From: an uncultured Nitrospinota bacterium
GTDB taxonomy: Bacteria; Tectomicrobia; Entotheonellia; J063; CAVPRW01
Reading direction: 5' to 3'
Length of the DNA stretch: 63,416 bases
Assembly (NCBI GenBank): GCA_963707985.1
Contig: CAVPRW010000019.1
Coordinates: 1 to 63,416 of the forward strand
A program made the translations under genes and the position numbers. The notes under the pieces were generated by a model. The model searched no databases and was not told the origin of the DNA. It saw nothing but the letters and a program-made list of their open reading frames with translations. Shown one piece after another: positions 31,386 to 42,958 of the stretch; position 1 is the first letter of the stretch; each line of letters opens with the position of its first letter.

Positions 31386-31804
31386 GCAATTGCTCACCTG
31401 CGTAGCGGCTTACCCACTTTGCCCCATTCTGGGTAACTCGTAAATTTCAGAGTTTGTCCAGGCAGGAGGTATCAATCCCTTTGTCCAACCGCTAAGTTCG
31501 CGTCGTAAAATGGTGAAGTACGACACAGGTGCAAAAAATTTGTCTCAACAAACGGTGGTTTTTGAGACTGGACCCGGATAGGGCTCAGGCTATGTTTGCT
31601 GGTTTTTACACTCTCACTACCGGCAGGTCTGAAAGGGCTATGCTCTCTGAATATTGCAACATAAAACGCCCAAATCCGTGGACACGATTCGCGGATACAC
31701 CAGAACATCGAGGCCGCCATCTCCCTGGCTTGAGATCGGCATTGGCGCAAAGGGCAATGGTGCAGAGCGGCGCTGAGACGGTGGAGCAACTCGACGCCCT
31801 GCCT

Positions 31805-32160
31805 TCAGGCTGTTCTCGTCGAGAGGAGGTGTTCGAGCGCGGCAATCTCAGCGTCGCGGCGGTGGTAGCCCGTGTCGGCGACGAGGGCTGCGGCCTGGGC
31901 CAGGTGCTCACGCGCGAACGGTGGGTTGCGGGCCGCATCGAAACGTGCGCGGAGCAGGTGGGGGTCAGCCAGGTGCAGACGCATGCCGCCCCGCATACCG
32001 ATGGCCTCAACCTCGCGCAGGTCCGCCTTTGCCCCCTCCTCATCGCTCGACCAGGCGCGCCCCTCCGCGCCGGTCAACAGGCCGCCCACCACCAGCTCGA
32101 CGATGTTCGCATGTCGCAGTCCCCGGAGGGCGGCGTCGAGGTCGGAGGCCATGGTGAATA
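31805..32160 (-). pseudogene. C-terminal TPR-like fragment of a STAND-type protein
   Basis: RGGMRLHLAD.HLLRAR..TGYHRRDAEIAALE. Confidence 0.5.
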
Positions 32161-32246
32161 GCGTCACGATTGAGCAGCGGCTGGCCATGTTCCCAGCTTC
32201 CCAGGCTGGGCTCGTGTCCAGGTTCTTTGAGAACCGCCTACCCGGA

Positions 32247-34775
32247 CTACTCGCCCTCCTCAAACTCGGCCGTCTGAAAGTGCAGAACGTTGCAGTTTTC
32301 TTTCACCGCCCGTTGCAGCCCATCATCAAAACCCGTCGGGGATTCCGCCTGAATCTCGATGGCAATCGTGACGTGCACGCCGGGACGTGAGGTAAACTGC
32401 AGCACGACTTCGTCCACGAGGTCAGCGAACTGCCGTTTGGCCAGAATTGGATCGAGGTCGATTTTGCCATAGAATTGGCGTTTGACCATCTGCCTAGCAC
32501 CACCGCCATCCTGGTGCGTATTAGATGTCTCAGATTGGTCGCGACCGGTATCCGGTGGCACAGGTTGATGAGAACTTGTCGGTGTGGTGGCTTGCTCGGC
32601 CGCACGCTGCGCCTCGGCATAGGCTGCGGCGATGTGGGGCTCAATCACGAGAAGGGTGCTATCAAGCACCGGCGACACGGCTTGCCCGAAGCTGAAGCCG
32701 ACATACGCGGCGCCGTCTTTGGCGTAGGCCATCCCAAAGAAATCGCGGCTGCCCGTACCGGCCGCGAGAGCCGCGCGGAAGACCGCGTCGTCCCACAGGC
32801 GCGGCAAATAGAGGTATTGGCAGGTCTTCTGCCACACCTCCAGGGCGCTGGCGTCCTGGGCCTCCGGTTTCCAGAACCACGCCTTCAGCACGTTGGCCAG
32901 GTGAATAGGTGCCCAGTCGGTAATCAGCAGTTCGTTTTCCTTGAGGACACGCACAATCTCCTGCGACAGATCCGATGCGTTGGGCGTGAGGGCAAAATGC
33001 TCCCATTGGATCTCCGAGAGACCCTTGCCAGGGCGCGCCTCCTGCATCTGCGCCAGCACCCACTTGTAGGTTTCGCGGATCATCCGCTGCACCGCGGCTT
33101 GCGCTTGCGACAGGGCTGTCTCCGCGTGTCTAGCCATCAGGTTATCCAACACAATCCTGGTCTCGCGGTAGTCTGTCACAATGGACTGCCACGCCAACAA
33201 CGAGCGCACCTGATCTTTCAGACGGCCTACGCTGTCGTACTCGGCGGCCAGGAACAGGAGCCGGTTCTGCTGGTGGCGTGGTTGGTCCCCTCGACGTTTC
33301 AGGGCGTCCGCCGTGGGCTTCCAGAGCCGCTCTTCCTGGCGTGAGAACGGGGCATCGGGCGGCAACACGACCAGGCGCAGGGACCAGTCATCCGGCACAT
33401 CACTGCTCGGGGTGAAGACGTGCATGCCGCCGAACACGCCTGTGGCAAAGCCCTGTGGTAGCCGTTCACGGATCGCAGGGATCACATCGTCTTTGTCCTC
33501 GAAGCGCCGTTTGCGCTCTTCCATCTCGCGGCGCAGGTTCGGACGGGTGTCGAACCAGAAGCGGTTGTTGGTGCTGTTGAGGTAGTGCAGGTGGTCGGTG
33601 AGCCGCCGCAGGGCATCTTTGAACACGCCGGTCTGTTGGCCGGGCTGGGCACAGCTGAGTACCACGCGTTCCGTCTCGATGCCGCGTACCATCTGGTTGG
33701 GCGTCGTCGGTGCACTGCTCAGAAACACGGTGCGCGCGGCGCGTCGACAGGCCTGGACGGCGCCCAGGCGGGTGTCCCGGTTTTCGAGGGCCGTGGTCTC
33801 GGCCCGCTCCCCGTCAATGTCGCGCTCCAGCACCGGGTCCCAACCCTGCGGCAGATAGTAGATCGCCTCATTGCGGATGTCCGCGTCATAGAGCGGCAAG
33901 CTGCCCGGCATGATCAGCAGGTCATTATTGCCGTCGTTCCAGAGCCGGTAAATCACCTTGGCCATCAGCTTGAGCACGCCACGCGTCCGTTGGAAGCTGT
34001 CGAGCGTCGACCAATCCTCGTAGAGCCGGTCGAACACCTCCGGATGGATCGGATATGCCTGCATGAGCCGTTCGAAATAGCGGCTTCCTTGCGTCTCGTG
34101 CGGCACATCGGCACTGTTGGCCACGTAGAAATCGGCAAAGGCGCGACATACCGTTGCGGCGGCCTGGGGATCGGAAATCGAGGCAAAGAGACGGCGACGG
34201 ACGATCTCGAAAGCCTCTTCGGCCGCCACAGGTTTCCACAGCGCCTGCACACGGGCGAAATAGTGCTCCAAGGTGCGCAGAGCGTTGATGCCGCGCTGGC
34301 TCCCGGCTTCTTTATCCGACTCCGGCAGCGAGGCCAGCAACACCGCTGTGGGCACGGCCTTGAGTGTCTCAGTCAGGGCCTGGAGAAACGAGAGATTGGA
34401 ATCGTAGGTGCCGCCACTGAAGGTTTTGCCGTCGTCAAACTGGCGGACATAGGCCACTAGTTCGTCCATCAGGATCACACAGGGCGCATATGCGGCCAGG
34501 AGCTGCGTCAACACCTCTTTGCCGGGGGAGGTGCCGCTGGTGTCAGCCTCCTTGATCCGCGCGTAGGCATCTTCCTTCCCGAGCTGCCACGCCAGCTCAC
34601 CCCACAGGGTATGCACGGTGATCCGTCCACGCGTCTGTGGCATGTTTGGGGCCAGCATATGGCCATCCAGCACGACCACCTGTGCGCTGGGTACTGCCGT
34701 AATACGCGCGCGATCCAAAATTGGCAGGATGCCCGCGAGATCGCTCGCAGGTGCTTCCGCCGTGGCGAGGTGAGG
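32247..34775 (-). CDS. DUF499 ATPase, N-terminally truncated
   Basis: [39 protein letters not shown]; Walker A absent. Confidence 0.85.
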   Translation of the reverse strand, partial: PHLATAEAPASDLAGILPILDRARITAVPSAQVVVLDGHMLAPNMPQTRGRITVHTLWGELAWQLGKEDAYARIKEADTSGTSPGKEVLTQLLAAYAPCVILMDELVAYVRQFDDGKTFSGGTYDSNLSFLQALTETLKAVPTAVLLASLPESDKEAGSQRGINALRTLEHYFARVQALWKPVAAEEAFEIVRRRLFASISDPQAAATVCRAFADFYVANSADVPHETQGSRYFERLMQAYPIHPEVFDRLYEDWSTLDSFQRTRGVLKLMAKVIYRLWNDGNNDLLIMPGSLPLYDADIRNEAIYYLPQGWDPVLERDIDGERAETTALENRDTRLGAVQACRRAARTVFLSSAPTTPNQMVRGIETERVVLSCAQPGQQTGVFKDALRRLTDHLHYLNSTNNRFWFDTRPNLRREMEERKRRFEDKDDVIPAIRERLPQGFATGVFGGMHVFTPSSDVPDDWSLRLVVLPPDAPFSRQEERLWKPTADALKRRGDQPRHQQNRLLFLAAEYDSVGRLKDQVRSLLAWQSIVTDYRETRIVLDNLMARHAETALSQAQAAVQRMIRETYKWVLAQMQEARPGKGLSEIQWEHFALTPNASDLSQEIVRVLKENELLITDWAPIHLANVLKAWFWKPEAQDASALEVWQKTCQYLYLPRLWDDAVFRAALAAGTGSRDFFGMAYAKDGAAYVGFSFGQAVSPVLDSTLLVIEPHIAAAYAEAQRAAEQATTPTSSHQPVPPDTGRDQSETSNTHQDGGGARQMVKRQFYGKIDLDPILAKRQFADLVDEVVLQFTSRPGVHVTIAIEIQAESPTGFDDGLQRAVKENCNVLHFQTAEFEEGE

Positions 34776-34899
34776 CGGCTTCAATCGCTTCCCAGGAGAT
34801 GAGTTCATTGTAGGCTCGTGCTTCCTCGGCCCAGCCCTGACGCTCACATAAGGTGTAGAGGCGGTAGGCAAGCTGGCGGATGGCTTCCGTGCGAGCGGG

Positions 34900-35645
34900 C
34901 ATTTTGGCAAGCAGCGAGCCCGAAGCGGATTCGCCTCCACTCTGAAGGGCGCGGATCAGGTGGTGCAGGGCCTCCCACACTGGGGTGCGAGTGTCGCGTT
35001 CCAGTGACCAGTCGGTGGGGTATTCGGCGTAGCGTAAGAGACGCACAACCCCTCTGCCGGATGCGAGCACACCGGCCTCATCCACGCCGTTGACACTAGT
35101 ACCCTTGGAGCGGGCCAATACGTCGGCTTCGCCGAACTTGCCTTCGCTCCAGGCATGGCTCTCAAACCAATGGAGGCAGAATTGGGTGTCTGCGTCGAAA
35201 TCGTCCTCGGCAAGGAAGCGGTTGATGAGTTGCAGCGCCGTGCGTACACGCATCGGAGTACCATCGGCTTCAAGCACAACAGTGTACTTCGAGAAGATGG
35301 CCATGCCGGGGCCAATGATGGCTTGCGAAAGGTCGACCGGCGCCACTGGGGAATTGACGCCACCCCGAGTCATATCAAGAAGCGTCTCGGGTAGAATGGC
35401 GTTCAGTTCGCGGAGGAACTCGCGGGGCGAAACGGTGGCAGCGCCTGGATCGCGTTGACGGCAGACGAGGATTATGCTGGAGGCTAGAGCATTACTGCCG
35501 ATGCATACCGAGCGTGCTTCACGTTCGGTATGCATCGGCCAAGTGCCAGAAATAGAAAACCCGGCTTTCAGTACTGCTTCGAGAAAGGTCTCCCAACCAG
35601 TCGACGCTGTGCCGCTATCTGATGAGTTGGACTGCTTGAAGGCAT
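34900..35645 (-). pseudogene. DUF1156 DNA methyltransferase C-terminal fragment
   Basis: [45 protein letters not shown]; cut by IS. Confidence 0.85.
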
Positions 35646-35715
35646 ATTCCTTAAATGTTGCGCGAACAGCTCATCGAGATCCTCCTGAGGTGCATGCACA
35701 TAGGCTTCTAAGGGA

Positions 35716-36980
35716 TCAGGTATGGGCTAGAGCCGGGCGTAGCTCATCGTTGTACCGCTGCACGCCACCCATGCGGGTCAACTTCTGAAGGATACGCCGT
35801 TTGTCTTTGTGCTCAAGGCAGGCTTGGCGTGTTCGCGGTCTTTCGCCGAGGCTCTTGACCTCTGGAGGGACTCCAGGGGGTGCCATATGCAGCAAGATGT
35901 CGGCACAATACACCCAGTGGACCTGGGACATCACGGAGTCAAATCCACGCGTGGCCACCTCCTCAAAACCCAGGTGTGGCTTGACAGCTTTGTGAACACG
36001 CTCCACGGCCCAGCGCAGACGATACCCCAGGATGATCTGACGTGCCGTGGCTTTCATATCATTGCAGGCGAAGGACTTGCGGCGACCATCCGGTCGTTTT
36101 CTGGGTTCTGAGCATACCAATGGGACCTGGCCCACAGAGCGCAGATAACTAATCGTGTGTCGGATGCGCAACTCCATGCGCTGACCGTTCGCCCCATTCG
36201 TCATGACACGAAGGGTTTTCCACGGTACCCGGCGGTGATTGCGAAAGAACGTGGCCATGTGACACCACTGTCGGGACTTCGGAGTTGTCCGGTAGAGCGG
36301 TTCAGATTTGACACGACGGGATTGACTCAACGCCATCACGAAGTTCCCAGGTGTGTTTGCGATGGCATTCTCGATCTTTTGATCATCGTAGCCGCGGTCA
36401 GTTCATACGAGGACCTCACGCGGATCATGTGGACCAATATCGTCGTCCAGGGTTCCATGGTGGAGGGACTCCACCACGAGGTCATGCGCCGTTTGATCAG
36501 CACGATGATGATCCAGGCCATAGCGCTTGCGATAGTCGGGGATGGGACGAAGCGGAATCAGCCTGTCATGGAGGAGCAGGACGATATGCGTCCACTGATG
36601 ACCGATGACAAATCCGTTGCCATGGTTGAACTTCTTGGCGTGTTCCGGATGCAAACTGGCACGAGACGGGAGCGTACTGTCAATGAGCAGCGCTATTTTC
36701 CAGGGGAGACCTTTCAAGGCGTGCAGCGGTTTGGAAAACTGCTGAGCTTGTTTCTTGGAGAGGCGATCGAGCGTCGAGATGACCACGTGGGCATGGGACT
36801 TCAACATCGTACAGCATTGGGATGTGTGGAGTCCCGAAACATGGGCGGCTTCTGCGAAGGAAGGTGTCGTCGTCACCAGCCATCAGGGAAAGAGTCAATA
36901 ACCGGTGCAGACTCGCTGGCCAGACGTTGACGGACCGCGAGTACGACGGGCAGTCCAAGTGGGCAATAGGTGAGCCTGCA
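35716..36980 (-). pseudogene. DDE transposase (IS701/IS4-like), degenerate
   Basis: LIDSTL..KKFNHGNGFVIGHQWT, YRLRWAVERVHK.VK.HLGFE; several stops and frameshifts. Confidence 0.7.
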
Positions 36981-37289
36981 TAGCGCCTCTCCTCCGGTTG
37001 TTACTCGACGTGGGGTATGGGAGTCGAAGTACGGTGGAGGGTCATCAGGCGAGATGTCCACGCGAATCGAAGGCGGGGGTCGTGAGAAGCGCGCGACCAG
37101 CAAAGCGCGAGACGATCAAGGGCGCAGTCTTCCTGGGATCCATAGTATCGGGAAGTTGGGGATAGGGAGACACAAGCGACCTATGGGAGGGCAGGCGACA
37201 CGGGCATCACGCGGAGCTGCACGGAAAGATGGGAAAGACCTGAGCTCACCAACCGTCATCTCGACACTGCGGTGCTCGCAGGGCAGCCT

Positions 37290-38245
37290 CGCCTGAGAAC
37301 CGATGGGGTGTTAAGGCCTCGCAGCGTCTCGACGAGGACTTTCTCCATGAGGCATACCGTCAGACGAGCCAGTCGAGCGCTCTGGGAAGCAACGGGGGCA
37401 ACGGCCCAGCAGTATGCGCAGCACCTCAACGAGAACCGGCGCGACGTGCATGGGCGTCTGCGGAGCGGACGCGAGCAGGCGTCACCGGTGGAGCGAGTCT
37501 GGATCGAGAAGGATGATGGCGACAACACCGATGGTTCAGCGCGTATGAAGACATAGCGGGCGAGCGCATGGTGATGCGGCTGGAAGCGATCTACGAGCAG
37601 GACCTTCTGGACGGTTCGTTGATCGTTCGGCCAGGTCGAAGCAACCACGCAGTGCAACCTGTGGACGTATCGGCGCAGGTTAACGTGTGTCGGCTGCGCC
37701 ATTGGCGAGGCGGATGGAAGGGGAGACGTCTGCCAACGCCATGCTGACCGAACCACCTGCGAGCGGACGCCCACGGCGTGGCGTGAGGTATGCCGGCGCT
37801 TTTCCTGTGTGGCCGATGACGGCTGCCTCGGAGCGTGAGCGGGGGACGTGCAGGGCGCAAACCGACAGTCGTCCACAAAGGTGGCCGTGCGGCCCACGTA
37901 GTGTGTCCGCGTGGGCTTGACCATTCATCCTGAGCGGACGGCGTTGATCGCGTGCGGGAAGCCCGAGGCCCGCCAGGCATCGGGCCGTGGGAATGGCACA
38001 TTCGAGTGCCTCGGATTGACCCAGTATTGAGCCCCATCGCGCCGGGGTTGTGGGGGATCACACGCCGGACCGCCAGGAAGCGCCGGCGTCGCACGAAGAC
38101 AGCGCGATGGCGCCGGTGGCGTACCAATCGTCACGCGCCCGTCAAGTACCAGTCTCAGAGGCGCTGCCTGCAGTGGCGGGGGCCCTTCCGATACGATGGT
38201 CTCCGCGGGAACTTCCGCCTGCTGGAGGACGTTCGTCGCCAGGCT
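37290..38245 (+). pseudogene. Second group II intron RT/maturase remnant
   Basis: AQQYAQHLNEN..RLRSGR..PVERVWIEKDDG; LEAIYEQD; RRTARKR..NRHAPVKYQ..GNFRLL. Confidence 0.75.
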
Positions 38246-38564
38246 GCGGGCACAGGATCGGACCAGCGGCCCCAGGGTGGTGATCAGGATCGGGTCACGG
38301 CGCGGGCTTGGGTCTGCGGGTGCATCGGTAACCTCCTCAGGATCCGATCTCGCTCTCTCACGCCAATCACGTCTGGCAGGATGCCCGAAGAACCAGATTT
38401 TTTTCAAGTCGGCCAACACCTTACCAGGGTTCACTGAGGTGGTACCTAATTTCATGGCTCCCAATGTTCACTCCAAATTCGCCCACAATCGACTGACCGC
38501 GACGGCGACGACGCGATCCTGTGCGGGTGCGTGATTGGAACGGACGCATGACGTGCCTGGGCTG

Positions 38565-40058
38565 TTACGAGGCGGATTTGCGGGGATAATAGCGTACGAG
38601 CTGCGCGAGCACGGCGGGAAGCTCATCGCACGGGACATCTTCCAGGATTCTCTCAGCGAGTCGGGCGCCTTTGCCTGATTTGCCGCCCACGAAAATGGTC
38701 ACGGCATCGACCACCTTACCGCCTACTTTGGTCTTGGTGCCCTGCAGGCCGATGTCGGCCACATGATGGTTGCCGCAGCCGGCCGGGCACCCGGACCAGG
38801 CAATGGTAATGGGCTTGACCGCGCCGAGAGTTTGTTCAAGAGTGTGGGCAATCTCTAGGGCGCGCTTCTTGGTCTCGATGACGGCGAGGTTGCAGAACTC
38901 GATGCCGGTGCAACTCACCAACCCCTGCATAATCGGCGAGGGATCGTAGCGCAGTGCTTGCAGCAACGACTCATCGAGCAGCTCGCCCAGTTTATGGTCG
39001 GAGACATGCGGGATGATCACATTTTGACCAGGTGTCAGCCGCACCTCGCCCGTCCCGTAACGTTCGGCCAGCCGACACACCTCAAAGAGGTGTCCATCGG
39101 TGAGGCGGCCGACAGGCACGGAGAGCCCTACGTAATTGAGACCTTGCCCCGTTTGTCGGAAGATCCCCACATGGTCGGTGCTGCGATCGTGGCGCGCGTC
39201 GAGACCGGCTGGCGACAAGGGATGTCCTAGCGTACGCTCGACCTCTGCTCGGAACGTTTCAACCCCACATTTCTCTAACAAAAATGCCAGGCGCGCCTTG
39301 TTACGTGCCTCGCGTGGCCCGTGGTCGCGGAACACGAGCACAATTGCTCGGCACAATTCCGCAGCTTGCTCGGGCTCGACAAAGACATCCAGAGGGGAGG
39401 CGATGCGGTAGCCCCCCGAACCCAACTTACCACCGACCAGGACGTTGAAGCCTTTGACCTCGGTATCATTTGTAAGCTGTGTGGCCGGTACCAGCGTGAG
39501 GTCCTGGGTTTCGGCGTGGGTGCAGTTGTCGCGACAACCGGTGATGGTGACGTTGAATTTTCGGGGCAGGTTGGTAAAGGCCTTATCGCCCACGAACATC
39601 GCTGTGAATTGCCGTGCCACTGGGGAGGCATCGAACAGCTCTGTGGGCGACAGCCCGGCGACCGGGCAGCCAATAATGTTGCGAATGTTGTCCATACCGG
39701 TCTGGAGGCTGCTGAGGTCGACATCCCTGAGCCGAGACAGGATCGTGGGAATGTCCTCGATGCGGAGCCAGCGCAGCTGAATCTGTTGACGGGTCGTGAT
39801 GTCAAGACGTCCGCGCCCGAATTCGGCGGCGATCGCCGCCAGAGTCCGTAGTTGGGTCACATCGGTCATGCCGTTGGTGATGCGCACCCGCATCATGAAA
39901 AACCCGGAGGTGTGCTTGCGGAAAAACAGGCCGCTCCACTTTAGCCGTTCCATGTCTGCTTCAGAGATGGATTCCCAGCCCTGCTGCGCAAATTCAGGGA
40001 TATCCCTGACGATATCCAGGCCGTCTTTTTCCGCCTTGAGTGCCTCGATCTTGTTCAT
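38565..40058 (-). CDS. nirA: Ferredoxin-nitrite reductase
   Basis: MNKIEALK, ITTRQQIQLR, NLPRKFN, CTGIEFC..SGCPAGCG siroheme/4Fe-4S motifs. Confidence 0.93.
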   Translation of the reverse strand: MNKIEALKAEKDGLDIVRDIPEFAQQGWESISEADMERLKWSGLFFRKHTSGFFMMRVRITNGMTDVTQLRTLAAIAAEFGRGRLDITTRQQIQLRWLRIEDIPTILSRLRDVDLSSLQTGMDNIRNIIGCPVAGLSPTELFDASPVARQFTAMFVGDKAFTNLPRKFNVTITGCRDNCTHAETQDLTLVPATQLTNDTEVKGFNVLVGGKLGSGGYRIASPLDVFVEPEQAAELCRAIVLVFRDHGPREARNKARLAFLLEKCGVETFRAEVERTLGHPLSPAGLDARHDRSTDHVGIFRQTGQGLNYVGLSVPVGRLTDGHLFEVCRLAERYGTGEVRLTPGQNVIIPHVSDHKLGELLDESLLQALRYDPSPIMQGLVSCTGIEFCNLAVIETKKRALEIAHTLEQTLGAVKPITIAWSGCPAGCGNHHVADIGLQGTKTKVGGKVVDAVTIFVGGKSGKGARLAERILEDVPCDELPAVLAQLVRYYPRKSAS

Positions 40059-42166
40059 GGTCCACCCTCGAGTTTTTTCACCCGAACAGCAGCGGCCTTC
40101 AGTTCGGGCTGCTTGGAAACGGGGTCGCACGCGTTCAGCGTGAGGTTGTTGGCACACTTATAAAAGCCCATGCTCCGGCCCCAATGGAACGGCACGAAGC
40201 ATATGCCCGAGGCGATTGTGGCGGTCACCCTGGCCTGGGCCACGAGCTTCCCCCGCCGGGAGGTCACCTCCACAAAATCTCCATCCTGCACCCCATAGCG
40301 TCGGGCATCCTGAGGGTGCAGCTCCACAAACGGCTCCCGGCAGCTCTTCAGGAGGTTTTCCACCTTGCCGGTGCGGGTCATGGTATGCCATTGGTTCTTG
40401 ACTCGCCCCGTCGTCAGGACGAGTGGAAACTCTCGGCAGGGACGCTCGACCGGGTCAGCATGTTCCACCGCAATGAAGCGAGCGCGGCCGTTCGGCGTGG
40501 GAAAGCAGCGATCGGTATAGAGGCGGGGCGTGCCCGGGTGGTCCAACGCCGAGCATGGCCACTGCACGGGCCCCCTTTTTAGCCGTGCATACGTGACCCC
40601 GGTGATATCCATCGGTCGCCCCTTCGTCAACTGCTTGAACTCCTCGAAAACTTCTTCGGCGCACTCGAACGGGAAAGCCCCGTCTAATCCCAGCTCGCGG
40701 GCAAATTGGGTGATGATTTGCCAGTCGGGGAGCGCTTCGCCAGGTGGCGCCACCAGGCGAGGGAGGTAGGTCAAGGTGCGCTCGGAGTTGGTCATCACCC
40801 CTTCTTTTTCCGGCCATTGGGCAGCCGGCAACAGCACGTCGGCAAACCGCGTCGTGTCGGTCGGGTGGTAGGCATCCTGGACGATAACCAATTCTGCCTG
40901 GCGTAGGGCCTTTTCCACGAGGTCGAGCTCGGGCATGGAGACGGCAGGGTTGGTGCACATGATCCAGACGGCTTTGACCTTCCCCTGGGCCAGCGCGTGG
41001 AACAATTCCACCGCGGAATAACCGGGCCTGGCGGAAAGATGTTCCGGCGGGATACCCCAATGGGCTGCCACCTCGACCCGATGCTGCAGCTCCAGGACCG
41101 AGCGGTAACCTGGCAGCAAATGCGACAGCCCTCCGACTTCACGTCCTCCCATGGCATTGGGTTGTCCGGTGAGTGAGAACGGTCCGGCACCTGGCTTGCC
41201 GATCTGTCCGGTAGCCAGGTGCAGGTTGATGAGCGCATTGTTCTTGCTCACCCCAACCGTACTTTGGTTCATGCCCATGCTCCACAGGCTGATGACGGCT
41301 GGCGCACGGCCGAATAGATGTGCCGCTTTTCTAATGCGCGATGCCGGCAGTCCACAGATCTCCTGTACGGCTTCCGGTGTGTAGCGCGCGAGGAGCGTAT
41401 GTAGTGCGTCCCATCCCTGTGTATGTGCAGCAATGAAAGCCGGATCGACAAGCCTCTCTTCGACCATCACCGCTAACATGGCATTCAGAAGGGCGATATC
41501 GGCTCCTGGGCGGATCGGCAGGTGGAGGTCGGCGATGTCCGCCACCTCTGTGTGCCGGGGATCGACGCAGATCACCTTCACCGCGTCGGGTGCCTGCTCT
41601 TTGCGGCGTTTGAGGCGCCGAAAGATAATCGGGTGGCACTCAGCCATATTGCTGCCGATAATCAAAAAGCAGTTGGCCAGGTCGATATCTGCGTAGGTCG
41701 TGGGCGGCCCGTCGGACCCTAGAGAGGTGTGATAACCCACGGCCGCGCTGGCCATACACAAGCGTGAGTTGGTGTCGAAGTTATTCGTCCCCAGAAACCC
41801 TTTGGCCAGCTTGTTAGCCACGTAGTAGTCTTCAGTCAAGAGTTGACCCGAGCCATAGAAGGCGACGGCATCCGGCCCATAGTCGGCGATGATGCTGCGG
41901 AACGCTTGCGCCACGGTCTGGAGTGCCACCGACCAAGGCACGCGACTCAGCGGTCGATCCCGGCGGGGGCGCAGATGTGGGTAGAGGAGTCGGTCGGGGG
42001 TGTTGAGGGCCCGAGGGAGCATAACCGCTTTGGCACAGACCTCCCCGAAGTTGGCGGGATGGTTTGGATCGCCTTTCACCCGCATAACTTCGCCTGCCTG
42101 GATCTGCACCAAGAGGCCGCAGCCCACCCCGCAATAGGGGCACTGCGTCCGTCCCCATGTTGGCAT
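40055..42166 (-). CDS. Assimilatory nitrate reductase (molybdopterin; NarB/NasA)
   Basis: CPYCGVGCG, DTNSRLCMASA, SLTGQPNAMGGRE, DPVSKQPELK. Confidence 0.93.
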   Translation of the reverse strand: MPTWGRTQCPYCGVGCGLLVQIQAGEVMRVKGDPNHPANFGEVCAKAVMLPRALNTPDRLLYPHLRPRRDRPLSRVPWSVALQTVAQAFRSIIADYGPDAVAFYGSGQLLTEDYYVANKLAKGFLGTNNFDTNSRLCMASAAVGYHTSLGSDGPPTTYADIDLANCFLIIGSNMAECHPIIFRRLKRRKEQAPDAVKVICVDPRHTEVADIADLHLPIRPGADIALLNAMLAVMVEERLVDPAFIAAHTQGWDALHTLLARYTPEAVQEICGLPASRIRKAAHLFGRAPAVISLWSMGMNQSTVGVSKNNALINLHLATGQIGKPGAGPFSLTGQPNAMGGREVGGLSHLLPGYRSVLELQHRVEVAAHWGIPPEHLSARPGYSAVELFHALAQGKVKAVWIMCTNPAVSMPELDLVEKALRQAELVIVQDAYHPTDTTRFADVLLPAAQWPEKEGVMTNSERTLTYLPRLVAPPGEALPDWQIITQFARELGLDGAFPFECAEEVFEEFKQLTKGRPMDITGVTYARLKRGPVQWPCSALDHPGTPRLYTDRCFPTPNGRARFIAVEHADPVERPCREFPLVLTTGRVKNQWHTMTRTGKVENLLKSCREPFVELHPQDARRYGVQDGDFVEVTSRRGKLVAQARVTATIASGICFVPFHWGRSMGFYKCANNLTLNACDPVSKQPELKAAAVRVKKLEGGP

Positions 42167-42169
42167 GGC

Positions 42170-42958
42170 TCAGGCCCTCATGACGGCACGCTCTTCCAGA
42201 AAGGCGATGAGATGGTCGCGCAATTGGTAATAATCGGGATGGTTGAGCACATCCACACGGGAACGCGGCCGGGGGAAGGGAATCGCCAGGATCTCGCCGA
42301 TGGTGGCAGCCGGGCCGCTGGTCATCATGACAATACGGTCGGCGAGGAACAGGGCCTCATCGACATCGTGGGTGACCATCAGCACGGTCTTGCGATCCTC
42401 ATCCCAGAGCCGCATCAACTCCTCCTGCAACTCCATGCGAGTGAGGGCGTCGAGGAGACTGAATGGCTCGTCCAGCAGCAACACCTTCGGCTCCAAGGCA
42501 AAGGCCCGACCGATGCCCACCCGCTGGCGCATTCCTGCCGACAGCTCGTTGGGATACCGATCGGCTACCTCCGCCAACCCCACCAGCGCGAGATAACGGT
42601 CCGCCAACTTGCGCCGCTCCGTGCGGCCGTGTCGGCCGTTGACCTGCTCCACCGCCAACTGCACGTTGCCGCGCGCCGTGAGCCAGGGGAGCAGCGCCGG
42701 GGACTGGAAGACGACGCCGCGATCGGTGCCGGGGCCGACCACTTCACGTCCTGCGAGGATCACGCCACCCTCCGTGGCGTCGTTCAAGCCCATGACGATC
42801 GACAGCACGGTCGACTTGCCACAGCCCGAGTGGCCGATGACGCAGACGAACTCTCCTTCGTGCACGTGCAGATCAAAATCCTTGACGATCACCGCCGGAC
42901 CGTTTGGCGTCGCATAGGTCTTGCCCAACCGAGTCAACTCCAGGAAGCGCTCATTCAT
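42170..42958 (-). CDS. nrtD: Nitrate ABC transporter ATP-binding protein
   Basis: GHSGCGKS, LLLDEPF. Confidence 0.88.
   Translation of the reverse strand: MNERFLELTRLGKTYATPNGPAVIVKDFDLHVHEGEFVCVIGHSGCGKSTVLSIVMGLNDATEGGVILAGREVVGPGTDRGVVFQSPALLPWLTARGNVQLAVEQVNGRHGRTERRKLADRYLALVGLAEVADRYPNELSAGMRQRVGIGRAFALEPKVLLLDEPFSLLDALTRMELQEELMRLWDEDRKTVLMVTHDVDEALFLADRIVMMTSGPAATIGEILAIPFPRPRSRVDVLNHPDYYQLRDHLIAFLEERAVMRA

Larger units (their letters stand above)
29004..31702. mobile_element. Non-autonomous TIR element with two cargo genes (element 2)
   Basis: ~52-bp TIRs TGGTGTATCCGCGAATCGTGTCCACGGAT; perfect 8-bp target duplication GAACATCG at 28996-29003 and 31703-31710; no transposase. Confidence 0.88.

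Noticed and set aside
38250..38455. P-II (GlnB/K) remnant after nirA
   Set aside because: Only a vague MKL.T..P resemblance; no conserved motifs
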